From a virus: a stretch of DNA of 64,000 nucleotides. The position numbers and the translations under genes were made by a program. A model generated the notes under the pieces. It worked only from the letters and a program-made list of their open reading frames with translations, was not told the origin of the DNA and ran no database searches. Each line of letters opens with the position of its first letter. Positions within the stretch are counted from its first letter, which is position 1. Of the stretch, positions 18,216 to 27,755 are shown one piece after another. The stretch lies in the IMG/VR virus record IMGVR_UViG_3300017917_001839, positions 1 through 64,000 of that record. One strand, given 5' to 3'.

Positions 18216-18890
18216 ATGTCATTTAATAAAACTAAAACTGATTCTGATCTAGGTCGCAGAGTTCACGAACACCTAGTTAATATGGGTGTTGAAACCCCAA
18301 CTGTAGACAACGGTGTTGACCGCAAAGACAAGATCGAAATTATCGAAAAGCACTTTGCTGAAATCATGAAGACTATGGGGCTAGACTTAGCCGACGACAG
18401 TCTCATGGATACACCAAAGCGTGTAGCAAAGATGTATGTAAATGAAATCTTCTGGGGGCTAGATTACGATGCGTTCCCCAAGTGTACCACAGTAGACAAC
18501 AAGATGAAGTACGACGAAATGGTTGTTGAGCGTAATATTAACGTTCAAAGCAACTGTGAGCACCACTTTGTTGTAATTGACGGTCTTGCTACTGTTGGTT
18601 ATATCCCAAAGCAAAAAGTACTAGGTCTCTCTAAAATTAATCGCATTGTGGAATATTTTGCAAAGCGTCCACAGATCCAAGAGCGTTTAACAGAGCAAGT
18701 ATATTATGCCTTGCAGTATATTCTAGATACCGATAACATTGGTGTAGTAATTGATGCAAAGCATTATTGTGTCAAGAGCCGCGGTGTTGAGGACGTAGGT
18801 TCCAGTACCGTTACAAGTAAACTAGGTGGAGTATTCAAGTCTGATCCTGCTGTTCGTGCAGAGTTCATGAACATTGTTAATAAGCAGTAA
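18216..18890 (+). CDS. folE: GTP cyclohydrolase I
   Basis: TPKRVAKMY, CEHH, GLSKINR, RPQIQERLT, HYCVKSRG. Confidence 0.97.
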   Translation: MSFNKTKTDSDLGRRVHEHLVNMGVETPTVDNGVDRKDKIEIIEKHFAEIMKTMGLDLADDSLMDTPKRVAKMYVNEIFWGLDYDAFPKCTTVDNKMKYDEMVVERNINVQSNCEHHFVVIDGLATVGYIPKQKVLGLSKINRIVEYFAKRPQIQERLTEQVYYALQYILDTDNIGVVIDAKHYCVKSRGVEDVGSSTVTSKLGGVFKSDPAVRAEFMNIVNKQ

Positions 18891-18901
18891 GGAGATTTAA
18901 T

Positions 18902-19438
18902 ATGTCCATTGCTGCCAGAGGACCAAGGAACCACCTAGTCCTAGAAGAGTCGGGCATCCTCATTAAGGAAATTTGGGATGCTATTGCAGATCACAAGGAT
19001 ACAACTTGGCTTAAAACAAGGTATCCAATTTCCGACGATGATATCTTTGAGTGCATTGATGCACTGGTTGATTTAACCGAGCCCGACGAAAAAGACTTTA
19101 TTGAATTAGTATGTGTTAAAACAGGCGAAGAGCCCAATGACATTGAATTAGAAACTCGCGGTATTACTGATCGTATTTTCTTTTCTGTAGTCTCTTATGC
19201 TAAAAGCATCTATGCTGGCGATACTGATATTCAAGTGTTATACACTAAGGGTCTAATGCAACTTATCAACGATTGCTTAAACGATATCACAAACGGTTCG
19301 ACTGCATATGCCGAATCTTATTTGCACAATAAGATATACGAATCCTTTGTTAATGCTTATGGTAAAGTTGGATCAGTTGACAATATCTTATCCATACTAG
19401 ACAAAGACACACTTTTTAAGAGCAAATACCATGACTGA
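18902..19438 (+). CDS. hypothetical protein, N-terminus DUF433-like HTH
   Basis: 'SGILIKEIWD...RYPISDDDIFECI' pattern. Confidence 0.45.
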   Translation: MSIAARGPRNHLVLEESGILIKEIWDAIADHKDTTWLKTRYPISDDDIFECIDALVDLTEPDEKDFIELVCVKTGEEPNDIELETRGITDRIFFSVVSYAKSIYAGDTDIQVLYTKGLMQLINDCLNDITNGSTAYAESYLHNKIYESFVNAYGKVGSVDNILSILDKDTLFKSKYHD

Positions 19439-20318
19439 TATAAAATACAGTGAGTTGTTTTACAGCGCACAAGGCGAAGGAAAATACGTAGGTATACCTA
19501 GTCTCTGGCTACGTTTTTTCCTTTGCAACTTACAATGCAATGGATTTGGTCAATGCAATCCAACTGATCCAAACACATACGAGTTGCCTTATGAAACTAT
19601 TGACATTAGCAATATTACTCGTGTAGAAGATTTGCCTGTGTTTGATAAAGGTTGCGACAGTAGCTATACTTGGAGCAAGCGTTACAGTCACCTTATTACA
19701 AAGCGTACAGTAGAGGAAACTGTTGATAATCTAACAGCACTGTTGCCGGGTGGCACATTCCAGCACCCTAAAAGCGAGCAGTGGGCGCACATGGTATTTA
19801 CTGGCGGCGAGCCAATGCTTAAGAAGTCACAGGAAGGTATTGTAGCTATCCTTAATGAGTTTGGTCGTAGACTAAACATGCCTAAGAATATTACAATTGA
19901 AACCAACGGTACCCAACCTATTACAGAAGAACTAGATCGTTTCATTGCAGAATACTTTTGGAAGTACGGCGGTGATTGGTACTGGAGCATCAGCCCTAAG
20001 CTATGGAGTACTGCTGGCGAGAAACATAAGAAGGCAATTAAGCCTGAAGTTATTGCTAAGTATGCAGAGGCTTCTCGGCATGGTCAGTTGAAGTTTGTTG
20101 TCAATGGTAGCAAGGAAAGCTGGCAAGAAGTAGAAGAAAATACTAAGCTATTTCGCGATGCAGGTTGCAACTTCCCTGTATGGATTATGGGTGTTGGTGG
20201 CACACTTGAGGGCTTAAAGATCACAGAAGCTATGATTGCCGACGAAGCTATTCAGCGTGGGTATAACTATACGAGTCGTGTACACGTACACATTTATGGC
20301 AACGCAATCGGCAAGTAA
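19431..20318 (+). CDS. queE: 7-carboxy-7-deazaguanine synthase
   Basis: ELFYSAQGEGKYVG.P..WLR...CNLQC...CDS, FTGGEP, IETNGT, SPK, RVHVHIYG. Confidence 0.92.
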   Translation: MTDIKYSELFYSAQGEGKYVGIPSLWLRFFLCNLQCNGFGQCNPTDPNTYELPYETIDISNITRVEDLPVFDKGCDSSYTWSKRYSHLITKRTVEETVDNLTALLPGGTFQHPKSEQWAHMVFTGGEPMLKKSQEGIVAILNEFGRRLNMPKNITIETNGTQPITEELDRFIAEYFWKYGGDWYWSISPKLWSTAGEKHKKAIKPEVIAKYAEASRHGQLKFVVNGSKESWQEVEENTKLFRDAGCNFPVWIMGVGGTLEGLKITEAMIADEAIQRGYNYTSRVHVHIYGNAIGK

Positions 20319-20319
20319 A

Positions 20320-20874
20320 ATGTTCCAAACGGTTCCAAATATTTTTTCTGATAGTACATTAAAACTATTAAAACCGTTTTTGGAGATATTACCTACGGAC
20401 AAAAGTAGCTATGATATATGGCCGCTGGAATCAACTAGTAATAAAACAGCGCCAGAATGTTTTACGCATACCTTAACAGATAATATAAGGCTAACTGTTA
20501 TTTCTGAATTGTTTAACAATACAGAATTGCCCTGTTATAAAAAGAAATGGCTTAAGGATGCAGATATCGCTATTCAGAAGATACCAGCTGGTGGGTTTAT
20601 ACCTAAGCACACCGATTATTGCATGTTTAGTTTAACTGTGTTTCTTAGCTCAGTTGAAGGTGGTGAATTTATATGGTGGGATGAACAAACCGCTCATATT
20701 GTTGTACCAGATATTAATAAAGGTATTGTTGCTTGTTACGAAACATTTTCTCGTGGACCAAGCCATAGAGTTGAGCCAGTAATCAGCGGACTAAGATCTA
20801 CACTACAATTATTTGTATTTGATAAATTTAATAAAAGTAACAACGAATCAAGATCTGTTATCATAGAGGAATAA
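20320..20874 (+). CDS. 2OG-Fe(II) oxygenase (prolyl-hydroxylase-like)
   Basis: HTD, EGGEF, HRVEPV.SG.R.TLQ; likely ATG at 20320. Confidence 0.8.
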   Translation: MFQTVPNIFSDSTLKLLKPFLEILPTDKSSYDIWPLESTSNKTAPECFTHTLTDNIRLTVISELFNNTELPCYKKKWLKDADIAIQKIPAGGFIPKHTDYCMFSLTVFLSSVEGGEFIWWDEQTAHIVVPDINKGIVACYETFSRGPSHRVEPVISGLRSTLQLFVFDKFNKSNNESRSVIIEE

Positions 20875-20878
20875 AAAA

Positions 20879-21403
20879 ATGTCAAAAAAGAAACTACCAT
20901 TTTGGATGCTACCAGCTAGCTGGGGTCTCAAAGGAAAGACCCGTGCTATTGCCGAAGCCGAGTATATGTTTGAAGGCAAAGAGCTAGAAGAGAAGTTAGC
21001 AGAGATTAATGCTAACACTCCAGAAGAAAAAGAAATTGCTAAACTTGCTGTTAAGCTCAAGCACGAAGAAATTAGTCAGGATGCACACGACAAAGCAGTT
21101 GCTACAATCAAGAAAGAACCATGGGTCAATGTTGTTAAGATGGGTGTAAACCCAAGCAATGTTGCCGCAGGGTTCTTTGAACTTGATTGGAATGATGAGT
21201 TTATCATTATGCTACAAGAAAATGGTTACACAGGTCAAAGCGACGAAGAAACTGTTAACAAGTGGTTCAATGATGTATGTCGTACTGTACTGATTCAAGA
21301 GCGAGCTGACCAAGATTACGGATTACAAGAACAAAGAACGGACGTAGAAAATGTCTCAAAGCCAAAAAGAAAGCGCACTCCTAAAACTGAACAGCCTAAT
21401 TAA
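20879..21403 (+). CDS. phage hypothetical protein
   Basis: KEPWVNVV...GFFELDWNDEF...KWFNDVC. Confidence 0.7.
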   Translation: MSKKKLPFWMLPASWGLKGKTRAIAEAEYMFEGKELEEKLAEINANTPEEKEIAKLAVKLKHEEISQDAHDKAVATIKKEPWVNVVKMGVNPSNVAAGFFELDWNDEFIIMLQENGYTGQSDEETVNKWFNDVCRTVLIQERADQDYGLQEQRTDVENVSKPKRKRTPKTEQPN

Positions 21404-21593
21404 TGCCGTTCAACCAATCGTATCTGCACACATAGAGCAGATGAGTGCGGCCGAAATACATTACATTATTCAAAATTTTAGTAAGCATCTAAAGTTAGAC
21501 CTACTACGAGATTTTGAAAAGGCTAGAGAAAAAGGTCTTAAGTCTAGTCCTTTTGATGATATTCTTTCAGATTTTAGTCTTGACAAAAAGTAA
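21351..21593 (+). CDS. hypothetical protein
   Basis: ORF overlapping upstream gene end. Confidence 0.45.
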   Translation: MSQSQKESALLKLNSLINAVQPIVSAHIEQMSAAEIHYIIQNFSKHLKLDLLRDFEKAREKGLKSSPFDDILSDFSLDKK

Positions 21594-21608
21594 TTATCCA
21601 GTTATACT
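21580..21608 (+). promoter_or_regulatory. sigma70-type promoter
   Basis: TTGACA(21580-21585)-17bp-TATACT(21603-21608). Confidence 0.7.
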
Positions 21609-21636
21609 AACAGTATACAATTGCTAAGGACTATAT

Positions 21637-22650
21637 ATGGCAACTTACATTCTAGTAGATAGTTTGAACATGTTTATGCGAGCCAAGCACGTAGGTGGCG
21701 GCAAGGACATGGACATGCGTGTAGGCATGGCTATGCACATCATGTTTAACAGTGTGCGCAAAGCATGGCGCGACTTTAACGGTACTCATGTTGTATTCTG
21801 TTTAGAAGGTCGTAGCTGGCGCAAAGACTTTTATCCTCCTTATAAAGCCAATCGCAAAGTTCTTGCAGACAAGCGAACCCCACGCGAAATTGAAGACGAT
21901 GAACTGTTCTTCGAAGCATACGATGACATGATTAAGTTCTTTAATGATAAGACTAACTGTAGTGTTATCCGTTGTCCTAATGCTGAAGCAGATGATCTTA
22001 TTGCTACATGGATCCAAACACATCCCGATGACGATCATATTATTGTTAGCACAGACAGCGACTTCTACCAGTTGCTGGCTAACAACGTAAAGCAGTATAA
22101 TGGTACAACAGAAGAGATCGTATCACTGGATGGTGTAATTAACGCTAAGACTGGTAAGCCTGTTATGGATAAGAAGACAGGTAAGCCTAAGACTGTAGGC
22201 GATCCGTCGTTTGTACTATTTGAGAAGTGTGTACGTGGTGACCCAACTGACAACGTGTTCAGTGCATTTCCAGGTGCTAGACTAAAGGGCAGTAAGAACA
22301 AGACAGGTATTACTGAAGCATACGAAGATCGCGAACGTGGCGGATATAATTTCAACAACTTCATGCTACAGCGTTGGGTTGACCACGAAGAAGTTGAACA
22401 TCGTGTACGCGACGACTATGAGCGTAATCGTGTACTCATTGACCTCACTGCACAGCCCGATGACATTAAGGATGCATGCCGTAATGTAGTTCGTGATGCT
22501 GTACTTAAAGATCCTGTATCGCAAGTGGGCATTCACTTTATGAAGTTTTGTGCTAAGTGGAACTTACAACGCCTTAGCGAAAGTGCAACAGACTTTGGAG
22601 AAATCCTTAACACTGGGATTAAAGAATCCCGCATGATTGGAATCGAATGA
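21637..22650 (+). CDS. rnh: RNase H / 5'-3' exonuclease (T4 Rnh-like, FEN family)
   Basis: LVD..N, SWRKDFYPPYKANR, EADD, STDSDFYQL, GDPTDNV. Confidence 0.92.
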   Translation: MATYILVDSLNMFMRAKHVGGGKDMDMRVGMAMHIMFNSVRKAWRDFNGTHVVFCLEGRSWRKDFYPPYKANRKVLADKRTPREIEDDELFFEAYDDMIKFFNDKTNCSVIRCPNAEADDLIATWIQTHPDDDHIIVSTDSDFYQLLANNVKQYNGTTEEIVSLDGVINAKTGKPVMDKKTGKPKTVGDPSFVLFEKCVRGDPTDNVFSAFPGARLKGSKNKTGITEAYEDRERGGYNFNNFMLQRWVDHEEVEHRVRDDYERNRVLIDLTAQPDDIKDACRNVVRDAVLKDPVSQVGIHFMKFCAKWNLQRLSESATDFGEILNTGIKESRMIGIE

Positions 22651-22916
22651 ATTCAAAACAACTAGAAATCCTTGATATCTTGCAAGAAGAATGCGGCGAG
22701 TTAATTGTTGCTATCAGCAAGGTTAAAAGGTTTGGCATTGATAGCAGTTATAAAGAGGGTGGCACACAGCGAGCGCATCTCACACAAGAGGCTGGAGATG
22801 TGTTACGTATGATACAGCTATTAACAGCACACGGAGTTATTTCAGCGGCCGAAGTAGAAGATGCGTCTACTAGGAAAGCTGAAAAATTAAAACAATGGTC
22901 AAACATCTATGCGTGA
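22647..22916 (+). CDS. MazG-like nucleotide pyrophosphohydrolase
   Basis: QEECGEL...QEAGDV motif. Confidence 0.7.
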   Translation: MNSKQLEILDILQEECGELIVAISKVKRFGIDSSYKEGGTQRAHLTQEAGDVLRMIQLLTAHGVISAAEVEDASTRKAEKLKQWSNIYA

Positions 22917-23148
22917 ATGGACCGAGACTGAAAAAGCGTTTTGGATTCTAGAGAATGGTGAGCCTGAGTTCGCGTGGATATTTGAGCGCAACGGCGACGA
23001 TGTATATCGCAGACCCATGGCAGAACCTGGCAAGGAACTTCCGCCCTGGATCAGTAAAGAGCGAGAATTATACAGTAGCATGCTTACAGGCAGAAAAGTT
23101 GATATGGTTATACTAGATGAGGCTTTAAAATATGGAAATTGTAACTAA
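22909..23148 (+). CDS. hypothetical protein
   Basis: Coupled ORF. Confidence 0.55.
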   Translation: MREWTETEKAFWILENGEPEFAWIFERNGDDVYRRPMAEPGKELPPWISKERELYSSMLTGRKVDMVILDEALKYGNCN

Positions 23149-23488
23149 AGAAGAACACCCATTTGATTCTGATACTGGTCGGCAGTGGTTGCGCGACATG
23201 TTACACATGGGACCGGTAACTGTTACGTTTACTAAAAAAGACGGTGATACTAGGGTAATGAATTGCACACTAGAAGAATCGGCTATCCCTGAAGAGTTTC
23301 GTCCAAAGCCACTAGCAGAAGGACAAGCACCACGTAAGCGCAGTGAAGACAGCCTTAGTGTCTGGGACTTAAATGCAAATGGTTGGCGCAGTTTCATCTA
23401 CAAAAACGTTACAGGTGTATCGTTTACAGTAGGAAGCGAAAATGCTGATCGTGTTGAGGGCTTTGAAGAGCCCCCAAAATTTGCCTGA
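23132..23488 (+). CDS. WYL_2/SH3-like beta-barrel protein
   Basis: VTFTKKDGDTRVMNCTL...VWDL.ANGWRSF. Confidence 0.75.
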   Translation: MEIVTKEEHPFDSDTGRQWLRDMLHMGPVTVTFTKKDGDTRVMNCTLEESAIPEEFRPKPLAEGQAPRKRSEDSLSVWDLNANGWRSFIYKNVTGVSFTVGSENADRVEGFEEPPKFA

Positions 23489-23517
23489 TAAATAAATGTA
23501 CACACGGAGATTACATC

Positions 23518-24045
23518 ATGACAAATATTGAAAAAACTGTGCTTCAGCAGATTTCTGATGTTGCGTGGCTGGTGCACCAAGGACCCAATAAGTTAGGTAT
23601 CCTTAACAAAGGTGTGCAGGAAAACTTTACTTACATTACTGGTAAAGAATTACTATCCTTCAAGGACGAAGGAGATGTAAAAAAGCACTTTGGTAATATG
23701 ACACTGTTTGAGGAGCAAATGACTATTTCTCCCGTCAAGCAGGATGCATTTTATATCAAAGGCTTTGAGGTTGATTACGAAACACCTTACGCACTTGACG
23801 AAAGCCACCCTGACTATAACGAAGACTTGCCGCTTTATACAAAGATTGAAGGCAGCGATGTCTACTATGCAGCTGGTTATTATTGTATTAACTTTGACAA
23901 GGGTTGGAAGCCTGCACACGGTCCAAAGCTAGCTACACTGCTTAAGTACGGATTCACAGGACCTTATAAAACAGAACTCGAAATGCGACAACAGCTAAAG
24001 AAGCTCAACAAAGAAAAGCGCATTAGCAATGAACGAGAAGGATAA
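23518..24045 (+). CDS. phage hypothetical protein
   Basis: LPLYTK...YYAAGYYCI.F.KGW...GPYKTE.EM. Confidence 0.7.
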   Translation: MTNIEKTVLQQISDVAWLVHQGPNKLGILNKGVQENFTYITGKELLSFKDEGDVKKHFGNMTLFEEQMTISPVKQDAFYIKGFEVDYETPYALDESHPDYNEDLPLYTKIEGSDVYYAAGYYCINFDKGWKPAHGPKLATLLKYGFTGPYKTELEMRQQLKKLNKEKRISNEREG

Positions 24046-24220
24046 GCTAATACTTCGATTGCAGAACTTAAAAAAAAGTAAGTCCAATCAGGTAACATTA
24101 GATATTGAATATCTGCTAAACATTTTGCAGACTGGACTTGTTACAGAAGTAAGGCGTGTTACACCAGTTGAAATTTTTAACAAAGTAGATGTAGACGGCG
24201 GCGGATTCCGTGAAGACTAA
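24029..24220 (+). CDS. hypothetical protein
   Basis: Ends VDGGGF. Confidence 0.55.
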   Translation: MNEKDKLILRLQNLKKSKSNQVTLDIEYLLNILQTGLVTEVRRVTPVEIFNKVDVDGGGFRED

Positions 24221-24494
24221 TGTAGTTACAGTTGCTGAATCTGCTACAGGCAGCGGAGAGTATAACAAGTTCTATAGATATACTTGGCGGACTTGTACTA
24301 ATTCGCTGCCCATGCATGTTCTGCAAATGATTAATAGAATAACCGAAGGGCGTAAATGGGGCTGGAGTTTTTTACCACACGAAAACATAGACTATCAACA
24401 GCCCAACTGGTATGTTAATCAAACACTTATAATGTCGTTTGAAAACAAAGATGACCTTATACAGTCCAAGTTAGAAGTTGCACACCTCCTGTAA
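24210..24494 (+). CDS. hypothetical protein
   Basis: Overlapping in-operon ORF. Confidence 0.5.
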   Translation: MKTNVVTVAESATGSGEYNKFYRYTWRTCTNSLPMHVLQMINRITEGRKWGWSFLPHENIDYQQPNWYVNQTLIMSFENKDDLIQSKLEVAHLL

Positions 24495-24548
24495 TTAACA
24501 ACTACTTTAATTGGTCTAAATGATAAATATGTGTAAGGAGACACACAT

Positions 24549-24857
24549 ATGAGTAGACCAAAACCCTCAATCCTGCTGGAAGTTGTCAACAAGAGCAATT
24601 ACAAAGCAGAACAAGTTCTTAGCGCCGAAGCAATTTACAGCGTCTTTTATAAGGGCGACCCTATTAATCTTCGCACTTTAAATACGCTAGTAAGTTACCC
24701 CGGACCCAAGTACAAAAAGGTTTCCTTTAGTAACCCTGGTCATGCATTTAATCTCGCTGAACGATTAAACAAGATTTTTAAAACCACTGATTTCAAAGTA
24801 GTTAAACTAACAGCTGGAACTATTGTTAACGAAGATGAACTTTCTGAGCTTAACTAA
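24549..24857 (+). CDS. phage hypothetical protein
   Basis: MSRPKP...YPGPKYKKVSFSNPGHA; RBS AAGGAG. Confidence 0.75.
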   Translation: MSRPKPSILLEVVNKSNYKAEQVLSAEAIYSVFYKGDPINLRTLNTLVSYPGPKYKKVSFSNPGHAFNLAERLNKIFKTTDFKVVKLTAGTIVNEDELSELN

Positions 24858-25380
24858 AAGTGTATTTGAAGGAACACTATTTGTAGTGGACGGTGTAAAG
24901 CTGGTTCGCTTGTCAGATTGTTTTTCTGATGAAGACTTAAACAACATCAACGAGGTATATGCTACTGATCCTGAACATGTAGTAACCAGTTATTCAATGA
25001 ATAAAAAGGATTGGCCTTTTGAGCTAGATAAATCTAGTACAGAGTATCAACTATTCCTCGATGCTGTTAACGCAAAACTAGGCACAAATTTTGATCACTA
25101 CGTAGGAAGAATTTGGCAAGAGGAAGCAGGTCATCATATGGGCATGCACGTTGATAACGATATGGTGTGTGGTAGTATGCAAATTTATTTGCCATCAACA
25201 GCAGATGAGAATACTGGAACTGTCTTCTACAACAATGGCGATCCAACGCTACAGTTTAAGTTCAAGCCAAACACAGGATATTTGTGTGCAGATCCTAGAA
25301 AGATTTTTCACAGCACTGGTGATGCAGTAGCTGAAAATAAATTTCGGAGAAGTGCATACTTTATATTTAGGAATGCCTAA
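24835..25380 (+). CDS. 2OG-Fe(II) oxygenase
   Basis: HVD, QIYL, GTVF, FH, RRS motifs. Confidence 0.75.
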   Translation: MNFLSLTKSVFEGTLFVVDGVKLVRLSDCFSDEDLNNINEVYATDPEHVVTSYSMNKKDWPFELDKSSTEYQLFLDAVNAKLGTNFDHYVGRIWQEEAGHHMGMHVDNDMVCGSMQIYLPSTADENTGTVFYNNGDPTLQFKFKPNTGYLCADPRKIFHSTGDAVAENKFRRSAYFIFRNA

Positions 25381-25408
25381 ATAAATATTTTAGAGAGGAC
25401 CAAGAACA

Positions 25409-25786
25409 ATGAATATGCATATTCAAATCTTATCCAAACTAAAAGTAGACATTGATGCCCACTGTCAAAAAGCACTAGGTGACAATCGTGCGTTCAGCGA
25501 AGATGAACAGTTTAGAATGCTTTTTGAAAATTATCGCAAAATAAATGATCGTCCATATGGATTGAGACTAACCGGTTTTGGTAATAAGTTGCTCTCAAAA
25601 CACTATGATTTTTACAAGTACAACCACGAAGAAAAAATTCTTAATAAGGCGTATGTAGTACTTGACAAAAGCATGAAATGGCCGTATTATTTAGGTAGGC
25701 AGATAGTAACTTTCTATAGTCACGAAGATGCCGCTTGGTTTAGACTTAACGGTCAAGACCTAAATAGATTTATAGATTATATGTAA
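25409..25786 (+). CDS. phage hypothetical protein
   Basis: GLRLT.FG...LDKSM.WPYY. Confidence 0.65.
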   Translation: MNMHIQILSKLKVDIDAHCQKALGDNRAFSEDEQFRMLFENYRKINDRPYGLRLTGFGNKLLSKHYDFYKYNHEEKILNKAYVVLDKSMKWPYYLGRQIVTFYSHEDAAWFRLNGQDLNRFIDYM

Positions 25787-25791
25787 GAAAA

Positions 25792-26301
25792 ATGGATACA
25801 CTACTTTTAAACAAAGATGCACAACCAATTAGCATCTTACCATTAAGCGCAGTAGGATGGCAGGAAGCCATTAAGTACCTATGGCTGGACAGAGTACATG
25901 TTCTCGAGTGGTACGACGACTGGATCGTTCGCAGCACTAGCTGGGAAACTCGTGTACCTGCGGTTATGATGGTCAAGGATTATGTAAAGAATAAAAAGTA
26001 TCCTCGCTTCAGCAAGTATAACGTAACACTACGTGACCGTTTCACATGTCAGTATTGCGAAACACATGTTGGTACAAATACTGTAACCATGGACCACGTG
26101 CTGCCAATTAGTCGAGGCGGTAAGACTTCATGGGAAAACATTGTTGCGGCATGTGGACCTTGCAATAGCAAGAAGGGCAGTGACATGCACATGAAGCCAC
26201 GTCGTGAGCCATATAAGCCAACCTATTACGAACTTGCGCAGATTCGTAAGAGCCTGCCGTTTGACTTGCGCCACCCAAGCTGGAAGGATTATCTAACATG
26301 A
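25792..26301 (+). CDS. HNH endonuclease (McrA-like)
   Basis: RDRFTCQYC...DHVLPISRGGKTSWENIVAACGPCN. Confidence 0.92.
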   Translation: MDTLLLNKDAQPISILPLSAVGWQEAIKYLWLDRVHVLEWYDDWIVRSTSWETRVPAVMMVKDYVKNKKYPRFSKYNVTLRDRFTCQYCETHVGTNTVTMDHVLPISRGGKTSWENIVAACGPCNSKKGSDMHMKPRREPYKPTYYELAQIRKSLPFDLRHPSWKDYLT

Positions 26302-26666
26302 ACGACAACGACAACATTCTAAGTTTCCCAACGGAAAAAAGAAAAGAAGAGGTTCGAAAAGATAGGGTTGATCAGCAGGGCTTCACTGTGCCTGCATTCA
26401 ATCAATTCTACAATTTTGATACTATCACTTTTAACTTTGATAATATCCCCAATGAGCCAGTATACGTACCAATGAACCATCTTAAGGTTGATTATTCGCC
26501 AGTGCTAAACCAACCAACCAAGTTGGAAAGGCTGATGGATCGTTGTAACGATCTTCAAAAGCGTATTGTATATCATGTTGCAAAAGATAATGATGTACTG
26601 CTATCGATGATCGAAGATAAGATCAAAGAAGCATTAGATCTGGCCAACTTGAATAAAAATATTTAA
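26298..26666 (+). CDS. hypothetical protein
   Basis: ATGA-coupled ORF. Confidence 0.55.
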   Translation: MNDNDNILSFPTEKRKEEVRKDRVDQQGFTVPAFNQFYNFDTITFNFDNIPNEPVYVPMNHLKVDYSPVLNQPTKLERLMDRCNDLQKRIVYHVAKDNDVLLSMIEDKIKEALDLANLNKNI

Positions 26667-26674
26667 AATACCGG

Positions 26675-26702
26675 TTGACATTAATTTGTTTTATGCTATA
26701 GT
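26675..26702 (+). promoter_or_regulatory. early-type sigma70 promoter
   Basis: TTGACA-16bp-TATAGT with TGC before the -10. Confidence 0.65.
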
Positions 26703-26751
26703 TATATAGTTAGAGTAATTCTAACAATATGTTAACTAAGAGGAAAAACAT

Positions 26752-27018
26752 ATGTCAAATACGACAACTAAGGAAGCCCGTGTGCTCGAAGCACTTAAGG
26801 CTAATAACCGTGGTCTTACTGCCGCACAAATTGAAAGCCAGTTTGGCGTAGGTAATGCCCGTTCAACCGTATCAGCACTTCGCATGAAGGGTTTCGCAAT
26901 CTATGCAAACCAGCACACTGATACAAAGGGTCGCACTAAGACTTTCTATCGTCTAGGCACCCCAAGCCGCGCTGTTGTTGCAGCCGGTTACAAGGCACTC
27001 GCCGCAGGCCTTGTCTAA
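26752..27018 (+). CDS. small winged-HTH DNA-binding protein
   Basis: LTAAQIESQFGVGNARSTVSALRMKGFAIY...YRLG. Confidence 0.7.
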   Translation: MSNTTTKEARVLEALKANNRGLTAAQIESQFGVGNARSTVSALRMKGFAIYANQHTDTKGRTKTFYRLGTPSRAVVAAGYKALAAGLV

Positions 27019-27081
27019 GCCTTTACTGTTCTCCTAAAACGTAAATAAGGCTGGAAAGGGGCGTTCTGCCCCTTTCCTTTT
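27018..27081 (+). terminator. anti-SD-loop hairpin followed by intrinsic terminator
   Basis: Bulged stem around loop TGTTCTCCTAAAAC (27027-27040), then GGAAAGGGGC-GTTCT-GCCCCTTTCC-TTTT. Confidence 0.75.
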
Positions 27082-27084
27082 GAC

Positions 27085-27744
27085 TTAAAAATTTAGACCC
27101 AAGTTAAAGCTAGTTACACTTTCAACTCGTGGATCGTGTACAACTTGGTTCTTAAGTCCAAAGGTAACATTCTTTGAAATGTTATATTCAATTTCTAGTA
27201 TGTTGCGAATAAATGTTTCGCTGCTTCGCTCTACTAGAAGTTTGTTGCTGATGGATGTGTTGGGTGCAAAAGTATATTTTACCCATAAGCTATTTCTTAA
27301 AACAGGTTCCCAGTCACTGCGTCTAAAAATTACACCAGCTGATATTTCATTGCTGGCACGAAAGTTTTTAGTTCTTGCTATCTTATATCCATAGCCGGGG
27401 GCTGCTACAAACTGCTCCGGATCGTTTCTAAATTTGTTATAGTCGTAACGTGTCTCCATGAACACATAATGCTTCTGTGCTAGCGCATAATTTGCCTTTG
27501 CACCGCCAAAGCCTCTGCTCATCTTAACAGTACCATCAGGACTTTCTTGGTGTGTATATGATCCGTTAACAATGTATTGAAAGCGTTCTTTCTGGAAAAC
27601 TTTTTCACCGGCTGTGTCAATTGTAAAGCCATCAGTGTTTATAAGTATCCCGCCTAGCGAGATTTTGCCCTCATCTTTTTCCTGTGCGTGAACAGGTGAT
27701 GTTAGTGCCACTAGGGCTAGAAGTGTATATATTAGATTTTTCAT
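27085..27744 (-). CDS. DUF481/YdiY-like outer-membrane beta-barrel protein
   Basis: Signal peptide (VHA-Q), amphipathic strands, GYGY, terminal Phe (GLNF). Confidence 0.7.
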   Translation of the reverse strand: MKNLIYTLLALVALTSPVHAQEKDEGKISLGGILINTDGFTIDTAGEKVFQKERFQYIVNGSYTHQESPDGTVKMSRGFGGAKANYALAQKHYVFMETRYDYNKFRNDPEQFVAAPGYGYKIARTKNFRASNEISAGVIFRRSDWEPVLRNSLWVKYTFAPNTSISNKLLVERSSETFIRNILEIEYNISKNVTFGLKNQVVHDPRVESVTSFNLGLNF

Positions 27745-27755
27745 ATCAATATTTA

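Noticed and set aside
25792-26301. HNH gene as a mobile homing element
   Set aside because: Free-standing McrA-like type in an operon, not interrupting any gene; no evidence of mobility
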